Assembly: GCA_964019335.1 (NCBI GenBank)
Contig: OZ025685.1
Coordinates: 248,001-312,000, forward strand
Origin: Diplonema japonicum
Lineage: Eukaryota > Protista > Euglenozoa: Diplonemea
Length of the DNA: 64,000 nucleotides
Reading direction: 5' to 3'
Shown: in pieces, positions 46,401 through 56,070 of the stretch
Layout: every line of letters starts with the position of its first letter
How positions within the stretch are numbered: position 1 is the first letter of the stretch
Translations under genes and position numbers: made by a program
The notes under the pieces: model-generated
Told to the model about the DNA's origin: nothing
Seen by the model: only the letters and a program-made list of their open reading frames with translations
Database searches by the model: none

Positions 46401-47128
46401 TTATCCCATTGGCGTGGATCGTGCTCGACCAAGAAGGGACGCTCGGGTTGATTGTTCTGTTGTCGTGGATCAAGTGTCTTAAGTCTCTCGCACGTTTGCC
46501 AAGCTACGGCCCGATCGTGAATGCGTTGATCTCCACCATGACGGACAAGAACCTGTTCATCTTTTTGTTCGTGTTTATGTGGGTTATTCTTTCGTTCTAT
46601 CTTGCGATGCTGACAGCCTTCGGGACTTCGCTAACTGCTTTCAGACTCCCTGCACCCGCTGCCCTCACCATGTTCACCATGGTGCTCGGTGACACGGAAC
46701 ACCTCGGGGAGCTGGAAGAACACTCCTGGATGGGCCCTGTTTTCTTCGTTCTCGTCATTGTCTTCTGCCAGCTGGTCCTCCTTAACCTTATCGTCGCGGT
46801 TCTTCAAGAGATTTATGTTGGAGCCATCCAAAACGCGCATGCTGCCTGGTCCTCCGATATTGTCAGTATCTACAAGCACACGTTGACAAGCGTTGTGCAG
46901 CCTACGCATGTTGTGATGCATTTTCTTCGCAAGAAGGGTGTGCTCGACTTCAAAGAGAAGCATCTGAAGAGACCCCTCACACACAACCGCGAGGAAGAGG
47001 AGCCGCAATGGGTGGTTGTCCCGCATATGGACAACCCGGACAGGTTCGAAGAACACGAGGGCGACGAGCTCTTCCAGTTGAAGAGTATGGTCGAGGAGCT
47101 CGTCGAACAATTGCGAGATGCAAAATGA
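37490..47128 (+). CDS. 3212-aa polycystin/TRP-like cation channel with ankyrin repeats, putative macrodomain, ubiquitin-like and Btk-like Zn modules
   Basis: Ankyrins (GTTPLHLAAYFGH, GWTPLYW, GDTPLMVACQFSH); TOP-domain motifs LVGTVRVSKQ and FLNNSTRFVSTQFTFYNA; pore MFTMVLGD; S6 LLNLIVAVLQEIY. Intronless ORF. Confidence 0.85.
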   Translation: MMGANRETERRGPEVTNEHGTEKWCFSQPNVTIYLRAGTKKEHEEVAANIVNILQKTDGFGEFAIGRNDSEKPTYSHQALNPRRMVPYQKRLGHVFLSLLGREEEIKECLPLVPQVELKRSLLDRTDKDTIVTINHKVIDKICRESMDKGINVDETWVEYVKEYSDPSVQDELRITSSKYGPAAKEIYGSGEFSITVKELQQLERGIRLATSLALPRKFYAKLVQFATGSVNTQRFFDLRRSIPLEHLANIELQDGQRQELLKTWSYREANAIQNHDELLRLKAALMKSTTKLSKDEVTKICTYNYDLDNFRIVARNARIKIEQMQDPVVIQRDNEIVMTLHDFVNEVRSAPSSFGFTDGAEHSALRKSLTELCTDVCVSQKGYFFVDGKPGAPNQLTKKTPQPVVFLSSPGLDFCDPSTTILEAKKYFKKLDTKDGQPKWRGFLSGAHDDLLQRVTRLYRVIFRSCQGHGVCNPSMLAMGLGVFLQNIHEDDRDKVAEAYFTAQFQLLCEQDWGFHNYFVNPVRYKDVGMRALEAELKKGKQLCCNVVMHGKDVKFLATEMAKGDPSRPGSFQSPAMLNPSDCASIFLGLMGYFWEWGRQECYVGEEDFCCTGTGTLALSTITNVYGDSSRHLQDETSTAKPTLPRTKVRTEPNPKSLAQLVQLCRKLSAHDSRPEERPRLRKSIITGLETGSIELTDQLEGIRIVTTLSGGPEDDAKLLEAIITKLQINVKAVESVCGTLGTTPLHLAAYFGHMDTIVCLVQEGHPLTLGDERCETVYDKAINTTVKPLIRAAACSKLLRAIDGKTLHPKMLNEELLGNRDKIKSNSTKQATGWSFMHWGAALCNEKLLAKARKSPQSDRNHVDDDGWTPLYWIIARQSSALLQTFLAHESPTEPEVSLKLCFNDTTLIGRFTLCGRWVDTGTDGTELLIEQRGELCERIGREYLGTLRDKQGRTVELDIEMSARLTPQQHVKRSITATVTKSSTDRGVWQVLWNETKMLLTIDAGDRTYSFAKEKPDSKRLLYEDYTTVVHVCCNLGLDAMAAKLIAHDATLLDVRCKETHEKPFITALLNHGREHHGYTKPDAENIDLISELLTPPDDQDLKDTRKEIRNRCVQALRESLRHPLVTTEKGWFLQVMGRSESTVTSIIKQLCQYEDTRQVARSVLLYALQNACACLGPKDDVGDPRKGDPSLVTRVVSFLMSLRDTVPDLSWELNTMEALITADCPTEADITVAEGTLDTVFWTSRYLVGKTFSRLINAISSITQLYHDGFNKKQFTIEELSEVLDTNEIPTYPSHEGARVIDHTISLYQTYKDQNRGSDADQLAYALLLLLQLHCNGKQSALAVAVMHERTSIIDMLLKQTEGKLVGTYKNLLREAIGTRRWAAVDILLPYAKRYQPDGVYLFDYLPSARLEKGRDPSYPEAPSQRELELCSDHDLVHPRNYAAVLACHGQWLRSRQTTPKTIEISWADTSKKFTIQKSSALEENSKMVYSWLLGLPDSKGTGPNIVLNDKYGDAVQNLQLLYDDVSDGATYTAFCVSFDIPSKQIDVVGPKETKTVSIFKNENARSITELVRRRFMLPCSIDNITFQDKNGEDISLSFANVIDGEKYTMTSGPERPTWTEVLKGSLQAGKEKVAVVQYLLGTSSVNLNDFFTDSENRKCFPFFDFGFENPRAAEVFLVICRLLHMDTGNERLLNDGFVINGIAFTPDDTEPLRYPLHALLLKAHDATGGTTPTQLKDGKVRKRVTDLIIEVVTFINQVLAGKEGPGMSNIVRDYVLSLPCSTYSSSTSIIIPSGGGGLASDLADYKDLYPIELAIKLHNAEVLKAIFGKISTAQRYTGLEEVVLKYTPSDPSDNNDTLLISCFKDSWFPDNDEWHSRDGVGVIKACTKTKRPLLHQALDLLTFPKPCRYMAEQAYLLETFLTRYPHVAKQARSYVNVEKKTLQEEVGVPWFPPGHQHLEKWSSDVGLSNEEMHRREIVDVLLDSAEQRQTFRFRAKRSTCDRVELAIDDAVSVVFSKEFDRCGLFKTVSLNSASSGVMVRVCGEDGKVATFKGLSTETTVRQIKQLLPPTVTQSQRTFVMKDGTVVSDQSSIGNEKCVTYYSISHSGQWRDALLKEYCNVYNENPNEKPCLHDEFFIEADHWSCCGSRLYGSPCGGDWFRNRVVEQPSNMPDEEDEDDNWKTQLNEFGLGKLFQRAPWVLQLSGTRKSVLRSLLNHPMRDAHKLNQALTSSFSPILIERRHQWGRSFRARKWRHNNVTDIEEEEAPPVHARPQPSIVKQEPPGEHELLIDSGLSLAHWFCLLSDAELVKITVNTLELPLSDSSRNMEPALTSCLKYTCLHYAAYASATDAIDTVCEWKTSTDIQGSDLLNYQVPCACHPCDGWHHDRLRVYDKNHRMRDLVKGAKEELSAQYCTWCLIKLGASKGDPNEQEVSACERCTNLSRAIHNVKQMNFERPTSLTAVQPLLENWKNNVAEVVNLGNCEGGGGLVHKRAMNPPTAGDTPLMVACQFSHVAACRRMVRTHKANAGLRNHEGYDAHDIAVVLQHRHEMQPQRAHAEGDDDDYGAAQRAAEHEENSSLLLERNIEMLNTTKPVKKKLFNFALSFFVKSLFHIFSFALVMTVLSWLTVQDGKKFFTTSSLSTVINTEEWTTAELNSQRFRAFREDLSATLELEDFSAWFSEPFQSKVLGERPYGMFQLVGTVRVSKQDVIYQNCTNQSATKQDTYKTYLDLQCPGVYHQNDLANPLVWGNWDVPRPVFLSRYSWTSYDLGVGDYVELHPDDKTAIARIAFVDELGSEGAFLNNSTRFVSTQFTFYNAYIDVFVVCQIFFEIFAQGAIQQTSRYRSVRINTYQTNADVFRLVLEIVFLIFLMMQTLTQSINLFVMAKRIFKEWTRDQHTHESFGTKLKNAAGIVRESIRDWYLLDLMLIILQYIVMVQNVRVLRLQRSLASQGDLLDVHNKNFYDEFIPLAWIVLDQEGTLGLIVLLSWIKCLKSLARLPSYGPIVNALISTMTDKNLFIFLFVFMWVILSFYLAMLTAFGTSLTAFRLPAPAALTMFTMVLGDTEHLGELEEHSWMGPVFFVLVIVFCQLVLLNLIVAVLQEIYVGAIQNAHAAWSSDIVSIYKHTLTSVVQPTHVVMHFLRKKGVLDFKEKHLKRPLTHNREEEEPQWVVVPHMDNPDRFEEHEGDELFQLKSMVEELVEQLRDAK

Positions 47129-47259
47129 TAGAATTTCTTTTTCTTTCTTCTCCTCCCCATGGCCCTTTTCCAAAGAAAAAAAAAAAAAAAAAAAAGACCA
47201 ACTCCCAAGAAGAAAAGGGGAAGATCCTCCCTTGTACAAAATAAGAAGAAAAAAAAAAA

Positions 47260-48252
47260 ATGGATCTTCGTATAGCAGGTAGGTACCGTATTGGTGTGAA
47301 GCTCGGCGGAGGAAGTTTTGGGGATATCTACCAAGGCACGGACTTGAAAACGCAAGAAGGCGTTGCGATCAAGCTTGAAAACACGCAATGCAAGTACCCG
47401 CAACTGATCTACGAGAGCAAGGTCTACAAGCTCCTGAACCAGGGCAAGTGCCAAGGCGTTCCTACTGTAAAACACGTCGGCGTAGAAGGCGATTTCAACG
47501 TACTGGTGATAGACCTTTTGGGGCCGAGCTTGGAAGAATTATTCACATACTGTAACAGGACACTGTCGCTGAAGACCACATTACTGCTAGCAGACCAGCT
47601 TATCGACCGTATTGAGTACATGCACTCGAAGAGTATAATCCACAGAGATATTAAACCTGACAATTTCTTGATGGGGAATAACTTGCAGCCCCATACTGTT
47701 TATGTTATTGATTTTGGGTTGTCAAAGAGGTACTGTGACTCACATACTGGACACCATATCCCATATCGTGACAAGAAATCAATGACGGGGACTGCCAGGT
47801 ACGCATCGATCAACACACATCAGGGGATCGAACAGTCTCGGCGGGATGACTTGGAATCGATTGCTTATGTGATTTTGTATTTTTACAATGGGTCTCTTCC
47901 TTGGCAAGGGTTGAAGCCGGTTCCCAAGAAGGACAAGTTCGACCAGATTGCGGAGGTCAAGAACAAGGTAACCCCCGAAGAGCTTTGCAAAGGCTGCCCC
48001 AAAGCCATGGAAACATTCTTGAAGTACACGAGATCCCTTCAGTTCGAAGAGGCACCAGACTACAAAAAATGCAAAAACTGGTTTGCTGAACTAGCGGCAC
48101 AAGAAGACATCAAGAAAGACAATAATTTCGATTGGTGTATAAAGTATGTGTGGTTTTTTTTTTTTTTTTTCCCGCCCCCCTCCAAAAAAAAATCGTAAAG
48201 ACGTCAGCAAGAACGTGACAATGAAGCGGGAGGTCGTGTCAAGTCAAATTAA
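47260..48252 (+). CDS. CK1: Casein kinase 1, 2 exons
   Basis: LGGGSFGDIY, LLGPSLEELF, HRDIKPDNFL, TGTARYASINTH, EQSRRDDLES. Intron 48144-48200 gives C-terminus ..IKRQQERDNEAGGRVKSN*. Confidence 0.95.
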
Positions 48253-48554
48253 AAAAAAGTTTTGTTTTCTTTCTTTTTCCTTGGTCTCCTTTTTATTTTA
48301 TTTTACATTGTACCTATAAAAAAAAATTAATTTACTTCCCCTACCCGTCCCCACCCCCCCTTTCTAGGGGGGAGAAGGCTAAGGTTATAGACCATTTGGC
48401 CGGGTCAAGGTGCCTTACGTCCTCTTGAGCGAGTCATTTCGCAGTTTTGTGATAGGACTTTTCTTTTTTCTTTTCTTTTTTCGTTCTTCCCTTATTTTTT
48501 TTCCAACTTTTTTTTTTATGTCATTAACACCCGTCAGAAAGGGGAAAGAAAAAA

Positions 48555-50717
48555 ATGGACGAACCAGGTTCATTCGAACAACTCGCCGCGGTGTTGGAAA
48601 CTCTTGCCAAACTACAGTCCCAGGAGACAGACCGCGAGGAGACCTTGAAGGCATACAAAGAAACACACAGCGACAGCATGGCGGAAAAGGTACGGTCCCT
48701 CATATGGCCTGAACAATGGAGAGAAAAAGAACCCGATGGGTTCGCAAAAAGACTGGAAAAAGCGGAGAGACAACTAGGAATGGAGAACAACACAGTTCTA
48801 TCCAACATATGCAAGACAAAGGCAGGCTTGACCATCCATCAGGGCGACGAACTCATGCAAGCTTTTCGCAAGGAAGTCGAAGCCGGAACATCAACAGGAC
48901 TCGCTTCCGTTATCGGCAAGATAATACGAAAATGCACACATAAAGAAGCATGGGTGATGCTGTTGTACACCAAGGGTGTCTTTCACAACTGTATCTCAAG
49001 GAAACGAGCTCTCGTTGAAACCAACGACCTGCCTCAGCAAAAGAAACAGAGAAAGGATTTCACGTTCGGTTTGCCTTTCGATCCTGTTCACCCCAAACGC
49101 CCACCGCACTGGGCTGCAGTAACGAACCCTTCTCTCGGAAAATTATATGTCGATTTAAAATACGACGGGGAACGGCTTTTGATACATCGGTTAGGACACA
49201 GCGACTACCATTTCTTCAGTAGGAACAGAATACCCGTCCCGGAGAGAAAGCTCCCGGAATGCATCACCGCAATGCTCGACAAGTCTTTGGAAGGAATGCA
49301 AACCTGTGTACTAGACTCGGAGATTTTATCGAAGTACACCTTCGGGGGACTAAACCCCGTCTCGAAGGACCAGATTGAACAAAACCCGCGCATTTTTATC
49401 TTCGATATCTTATATCTCAATGGTGGTGTTACTGTCGACTCCGTTCTCGAGGAACGAAGAAAAATTCTTATCGAAACCGTGAAACCTGTTAAAAACCAGG
49501 TCGAGCTGGCATCGCATATCACGATTGACAGCTTAGACCCGACGGAAAGACAGAAGAAGCTTGAGGAACACCTCGAATCTGTTTTTTCAAAACAGCTTGA
49601 GGGTGTTGTGGTCAAGCCTGCAAAATCAACGTACTCCTTCGGCGATAAACACACGTGGCTGAAGGTGAAGCGAGGCTACCTGAACTTTCCCAACACCAAC
49701 AGAATTGAAAGGCTGGGGAACCTTCCGGACACGCTGGACCTGGCGGTCTTGGGTTATTTTACAGGCGTCAAAGGCGGTATTGAAGAAGCTATCCTGGGAA
49801 CATGGAATGAAAAAAAACAAAAATTCGTGACCGTTGCAAGATGTCCGGTAACGGGGAGGAACCTGGACCTCCCGGTGAACATGGAACCAATACACAGGAA
49901 AAAATCGAAGATCCCGAAGCATATCGCTATGCACGCTTCGATGGTGCCCGATTACTGCCTCGCCGACGGGTCTTCCTGTACCGTTCTTGAGATCGACGGT
50001 GAACGTTTGGCAGAGTCTTGGGATTACACTTGCGACTACATCCAAGTTGTGCGACCAATTTTGATCAAACCGAGGCCTGACAAATCTGTAGAGTCCTTGA
50101 CAAGCTTCGGTGATATTATACAAATGTACCTTGAGACGAACCAGGACAACAATACAGCTAATGCTCAATGCGATGATTTGGAAGGTGTCGATCCGACCTC
50201 AGAGCAGATCGAAATGTACCTTAAAACAGGAACCGCAAAATTCCTATCCGGGTTGAAATCGCCCTCCGAGAGAAATAGGATCTACGCGTATTGTTGCGCG
50301 CACGGGGGAGCATGGTGCAAGAAAGGATCGATGCAGGTTGCCACCGACCTTTTCGGTGCTCAGCCGCGTGCAGACTTTTCCAAAAAAACACACTCTCTCA
50401 GCGATATTGTCATTTCCGACATTCGTTCAAACTTAACTGTCTGTGGGTTGTTTGCGCAATTTTATCCACCCGGGTCCACCCATTCTACCACCCCTACCTT
50501 TGATCTGGATGCATGGGAGGTGTGCCTTCGAAAGGTTTCCAGATACCTTCACAAGTCTGCACCGTTCGCGTCCCCTCCAGAGGTGCACCTTGCCCTGCCT
50601 TCCCCCGCAGTACCCGGTTATGACAGGGACGCCATGACCTCTGTGATTCTGAACTATTTCGTGTCGAAAAACATCGTAGTGTTCCTCTATGATCCGACCG
50701 ATCTTCGCGTACTTTAG
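48555..50717 (+). CDS. ATP-dependent DNA ligase (ligase III-like) with C-terminal ALC1-type macrodomain
   Basis: Motif I KYDGER, III LDSEIL, IIIa FIFDILYLNG, IV EGVVVK, V WLKVKRGYL, then DTLDLAVLG. The C-terminal ~160 aa follows the ALC1/CHD1L macrodomain pattern. Confidence 0.85.
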   Translation: MDEPGSFEQLAAVLETLAKLQSQETDREETLKAYKETHSDSMAEKVRSLIWPEQWREKEPDGFAKRLEKAERQLGMENNTVLSNICKTKAGLTIHQGDELMQAFRKEVEAGTSTGLASVIGKIIRKCTHKEAWVMLLYTKGVFHNCISRKRALVETNDLPQQKKQRKDFTFGLPFDPVHPKRPPHWAAVTNPSLGKLYVDLKYDGERLLIHRLGHSDYHFFSRNRIPVPERKLPECITAMLDKSLEGMQTCVLDSEILSKYTFGGLNPVSKDQIEQNPRIFIFDILYLNGGVTVDSVLEERRKILIETVKPVKNQVELASHITIDSLDPTERQKKLEEHLESVFSKQLEGVVVKPAKSTYSFGDKHTWLKVKRGYLNFPNTNRIERLGNLPDTLDLAVLGYFTGVKGGIEEAILGTWNEKKQKFVTVARCPVTGRNLDLPVNMEPIHRKKSKIPKHIAMHASMVPDYCLADGSSCTVLEIDGERLAESWDYTCDYIQVVRPILIKPRPDKSVESLTSFGDIIQMYLETNQDNNTANAQCDDLEGVDPTSEQIEMYLKTGTAKFLSGLKSPSERNRIYAYCCAHGGAWCKKGSMQVATDLFGAQPRADFSKKTHSLSDIVISDIRSNLTVCGLFAQFYPPGSTHSTTPTFDLDAWEVCLRKVSRYLHKSAPFASPPEVHLALPSPAVPGYDRDAMTSVILNYFVSKNIVVFLYDPTDLRVL

Positions 50718-50741
50718 AGCTTTTTTTTTTTTTTTTTTTTT

Positions 50742-51419
50742 CAGGATGGTGCAACAATACCTCCTGAAAGTAGTGACGGTCCGTGACGCCAGAGCAGCGG
50801 AAAAAAGCAAGAGAGTGCTCACCTCCAACCCTTGGGATGAGGTAACGACAGGGAGGCAACATGATGTTCCGACGGAAGCGTTGCTGAAGGCGAACGGGGC
50901 GTCAGGCGCGGTCCTGACCTTTCATTTGAAGAACGTCCTCAAGTGGCTAAGAGGCCTACGATGGTACGATGGTAAGAAGAAAACTTCCGTCACTACAATC
51001 GAACTCGCCATAGACTATGAGCAGACCACCCGCCGGTCACTCATAGGTCCCCTCGACGATCAAGACCTGCTCACGGAGAAGGCCGCAAGGATGCGATACA
51101 TCTTGGGTCGCATCCAGAAATGCTCAGCACGCTGTGGAAGGTCAGCCTTCCCCGCCAACGCCAAATCAAGGGTGCATACCCTTCGACATCTTGGGGGCCC
51201 GACGGCACACGGCTACGACAGGAGACCACTCTTCTCCTCGAGCCAAACCCCCCCCTACCTAACACGACTCCAAGCAATGTTTCTCGCCCAGATGCCGTCC
51301 ATCTCATCGCGACAAACAGCCACCGCAGGCACCAGACAGCAACCGCAGAACGGTGACCGATTAGTGTGAATTTCTACCTGAACAGTGAGCACCCCCATGC
51401 ACACTGAAATTTTATCGAG
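50742..51419 (+). mobile_element. 5'-truncated LINE-like retroposon fragment
   Basis: QYLLKVV, NPW and KWLRGLRWYDGKKKTSVTTIELAIDYE are collinear with 58154-59525. Preceded by T21; ends in a stem-loop + ATCGAG + T-run. Confidence 0.75.
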
Positions 51420-51619
51420 TTTTTTTTTTATCTCAGCCTTTAATATACGCCCCTCTCTCTTCTATTTTTCGCCTTTAAAAACAGGAATGGAAACAAAACA
51501 AAAAACAAAACAAAAAGAAAAGGCGGGGTGGGTGTGGGAGAAAAGGGTGAGTGATACACCAAAAAAAAAAAAAAAAAAAAAAAAGACAAAAAAAAAAACT
51601 TTTTTTTTAAAAAGCAACA

Positions 51620-52934
51620 ATGTCAAAAAGATGGTCTGAAGAGGACGTGGACCGCCTGAGGGCGGGGTTCAGGGAGATAGACAAGGATAAGTATGTCAAA
51701 CCCCCCCCCCCCCCCCCCCCAACAACAACAACAACAACAACAACAACAAAACTAGAAACGGATTGATAGACAAAAACGATTTGAAAGAACTACTAAAAAG
51801 ACACTTTGGTGAACACTGCGACGATGACGAAGTAGAGGAGTACATGCCCGTCCTGGGTGCCGACGACACAGTAGTTTTCGAGGACTACGTCCATTACCTA
51901 ACCACGGACACCTCGTTGAGGTTCGACGTGAAATTCATACGGTATATGAGGCAGAAGTGGGAGGACCACCTTGGCCTGCAAGTATACCTCCCCTTCTTGT
52001 GTTTTTTCGTGTTCTTCCTCCTACACGGTAAGGGGCTTGGGTCGGGGTACTGGGTGACCTTCTCCCTCAATGACAAGGTCATGGGTGAAGAGTTTGAACT
52101 GTCCGAAGACCTCCGATTCGAAAAATTTTACAAAGACATCGCGAACACAGAAGAATATTGGGAATGGGCAAAAGGGCCTTTGATGGGAGCATGGTGGCAA
52201 GGCGAGGATGCAGACGCGGCTAACGAATTCGTTCAATTTGCTAACATGCCTGTCGGGGCGATGAAAATACGGCAAATGAGAGTGGCGCCCAGTGCTTGTT
52301 CGTCGCGAGAGGATATTCTTAAAAATGCGTACAATTCCTTGAACCCGACGAAGGCCGCGTTGCGTCTGCAAGACTTCCCTTACGATTGTTACAGCGATTG
52401 GGGCCCCGCGACCCCAAGCGACAAACAACCGTACGCCATCACCGTCACAAATTCCACAACAGACATTTTCTCCGCCTCCACACAACGCACTTACCTTGAA
52501 AGCAGCATGATTGACCAGGAAGCACGCGATTTAGTATCGGAAGCGTTTTTCTGGAGGCCGTGCAGCGGTGTTAACGGGATCAACGCTTCCCTCACAATGG
52601 TCCTGGAGGGCAAAGCGGCCACATACGGATGCTCCGGGTACGCGCTGATCATACCCTTTTCATGGCCCGCTGAGAAAGTCTCAAAAGCATTGGGTTTCTT
52701 GGAATCCGGTGTGTCGGTTACGCATGACAACAATACCTTCAACCTTCCGTGGGTGGACAACCAAACAAGGGCTTTGTGTATGATTATCTTTGTGAAAACA
52801 AAAAAAAATTGTACAGCTGTCGAAATGTTCACGTTCAACCAGAATCTGCAGCTTTTCAGCAGGATTCAATACCTGGTGGAGGTGACGGCTGGCGGGTCGT
52901 ACATTCCCATTTACAGCAATATAAAGTATGGACG

Positions 52935-52974
<40 letters not shown>

Positions 52975-55383
52975 AGTTTCCGACTGTTCCAGTGGTCGAC
53001 CGATCCCTTTGTGATCCACTTTTTCATGTTTGTGTTTTTCACGTCGCTTGTTTTTTACTTTGCGTCGTGGTGTATGGAGCTGTGGAGGAACACGACCGAC
53101 TTCATGGTGGACAGGCGGAGGAGGGGGTTCTTCGCAAGGGTGACGTCGCTGTTCATCACGTTCTTCAGCTCGTTCTGGACCATCTTCGATTTTATGAACT
53201 ACGTGTTTTTCTTCACTGTGTGGGGGCTTCGGTTCGTGTCGCTCGGTTTCGGGAAAACCAACAACCCAGTCCTGCAAAACGACTGGTACCCAGATGAGTA
53301 CGAAACGGTGGCCCGCTCCACCCAAATCATATCCTACCTTGACAGCATAAACGGGTTGTTGTGCGTGGGCCGCATCTTCTACTTTTTAAGGCTGGACAAC
53401 CGTTTCAACGTGTTGACAAAAACCATAGAAGTCGCATTGTACGAACTTGCAGGGTTGTTGTTTATCTTTTTCGTCGTGTTTCTCGGCTTCTGTCTCATGG
53501 GTTTCACCGTGTTCGGGCACGTGGTAGAGGACTACCGTGACATCGGAAGCGTTATCGGGACGCTGCTTCGGTACCTCGTCGGTGATTTCGACTACGAGCA
53601 GATCCGTGAGGAGCGCAGGATATTCGCGCCGATATTCTTCGTGCTGTTCACCGCGTTGTGTTTCTTCCTTCTATTTAATATGTTCATTGCTGTTCTATCC
53701 GATGCGTTTGCAAAGGTTCAAGAGGAAAAGTACAAACCAGCTTTGTTGGACTCTCTTCTTAAAAATACCGACGACGACGCGTACGAGCCTCTCGAATCGC
53801 AAACCGGGAACTTCTTCACCGATCTCGCGATCGTTAGAGAAATCATGTATTGGATAAAAACACTATTACTTGCAGCCCAGAATTTAATACGCCGGGGCCC
53901 CGAGTGGGACGCGAGGTACAAGGAAACCCTGGAACGAACGCGAAGCGAAAACCCGCGGTTGTATTGGCAAACCCGCGAGAGGGAGATGGTCGATAGAAAA
54001 TCATGTACAGCATTCGTCGACAAGCTCAACCTCTGCCCCATCTCACTGGAAGGTTTCCTTATCGACGGCGACGACAATGCCGACGAGGATGACAATGCCT
54101 TCCAGGGCTTCGGGAACGACTTCAACACGGTGATGCAAACGCTAGTCGACGAACCCTCCGACAAAATGGAAAGAGAACGACAAGACACCTTATTAGAACT
54201 CCTTGAATCCCATTACTACTGGAACCAAGAGGTACGCGGTATCGCTCAAGTCGGACAAACCTTAGTCGATTACGATGACGATCCACGAGTTTACATTTTA
54301 CGCGAAATCGCCATTTCAAAAATGAACGATAGCGACAATGGAAGCATGACGGCTTCGAGCAGCCATACTGAGGAAGACGACAACGAGCAGGAATTGAAGG
54401 ACGAACAAGAGGTCGCAGCGCACGCTGTTATCAGAAAGGAAGAACAAAAACGGGTTATGAAGGATGTCATTGCAAGGGTTTCCTCAATAACCTCGAACAA
54501 GAAAAGCCTTGAACAGGTCATCAACAGAGCAGCGGCAACCGCGTTAAAATCCAGAATGGTTCGAAGAAAGGTTATCGCACGATTCGAACAAGGAACCCCC
54601 TGCAAGATCCGCGCACACCAGCTCATCGGTGCGAGATACGGAAGGTACATCACGGACGTCTTACAAATCCCTCAACAGTCCAAAAAAATCCTTCTTTCCA
54701 ATGGAAAAGATACGACAGAGTGGGTTACCATCACACAAGGAACGTCTGAGGAAGAATATCTAAGCGAACTACGGTTTAATTTCGACATTTCCGAGGGAAA
54801 GGAATGTATTGTAAAGCACAGCATTTCAGGTGAAATCGTCCATCTCTACTATGAGCTGGTGATCGAGAAGGAAACTTATATTGTGACAGAAGGCCCTGGT
54901 GAGGCACCTAACTGGCAAGACGGTGAATGGTCGCGAGCACCCGACGGTTCATTACTCCCGACACAAGGCCCCAAAACCGGAGTGTGGAACTGCACCGTTC
55001 CCGACCATATAGTATTTGCAAACATACAAAAAATCATGGACCAGCATAATGGGTTGTTGAAGCTTGCGTCTGTCGAGGACGCGATCATAGCAGGAGGAAG
55101 GGATATCGACAATGAGATGCTGTCGGAGCCTACTTGCTCTGAGAGTACTGTTCACGAATACCCTTTGGACCATATTGAAGAGGTGGGGTGTTACAACCAG
55201 CTGGAGCTGATTTACGAACCGACGACGATTTTCAGGGAGCACCTCGAGAGCAAGCTTATTCAGCTGATACGAAAAAGGCTCCCGACGTTGATGTTAGAAA
55301 CACTCAGCACGCAGCAACTGATGACGCTGCTCGAGGTAAAGGTGAGACGGGCCGAGGAACCCGTGAACGCACCCACTGAATAA
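51620..55383 (+). CDS. PKD2/polycystin-2-like channel with N-terminal EF-hand, 4 exons
   Basis: Spliced EF loop DKDKNGLIDKND; GAMKIRQMRV, WVDNQTRAL, LLRYLVGDFDY, LFNMFIAVLSDAF. Introns 51691-51755, 52778-52816, 52926-52976. Confidence 0.9.
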
Positions 55384-55429
55384 AAAAAATAAAATAAAAT
55401 AAAAAATCTTATAAAAGTATTATCATACT

Positions 55430-55464
<35 letters not shown>

Positions 55465-56070
55465 TACATATGAAACAAAAAAAAAAAACTTGTACATGCG
55501 GTACAAACGAAGGGGGGGGATTTTTTTTTTTTTTTTTGGTTTATCCGAAACACCCTCCCATTTTATTTTATTTTTCCCTTCAAAATATCTGTAGACCACC
55601 CCATGTATCAGGGGGTGCCTCGTGTATCTTTCTTTTTTTTTTTTTAAAGAAGAGAACTTGTCGTTGACCGCAAGTGACCTTTTTTTAACTTATTTTACCG
55701 ACACCCACTGTACTTATAAACAACATGAGAGGGGTTGAAGAAAAAGAGGAACAAAAAAGAAGAAGAAAAAAGGCGGCAGGCAGGGGGAGGAAGAGGGATC
55801 TAAGTTTCGAGAAAAAAAAAAGGATTTCTTTTTTTTTTTTTTTTTTTTTTTTTTGCGTCCTCTTTCCCCCCTTGAAATTTCTTCTTTTTATTGTTCCTCC
55901 CCCTCCTCCCCTTCGATCCCCTTTCTTCCCGCCACAACTCTTTTTTTTTTTTTTTTTTTCTTATACCATATCTCTCCCTTTCCCTTCAAACTAATCTGTG
56001 ACAACATCCATCATCCCCCACAAAAAAAAATTGAAACAAAGGAACAAAAAAAAAAAAAAAAAAAAAAAAA

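Noticed and set aside
37490-50717. Functional ADP-ribose 'operon' (macro-channel, CK1, macro-ligase)
   Set aside because: Polycistronic clusters in such genomes are generally not functionally grouped. Adjacency alone is not evidence without conserved synteny.
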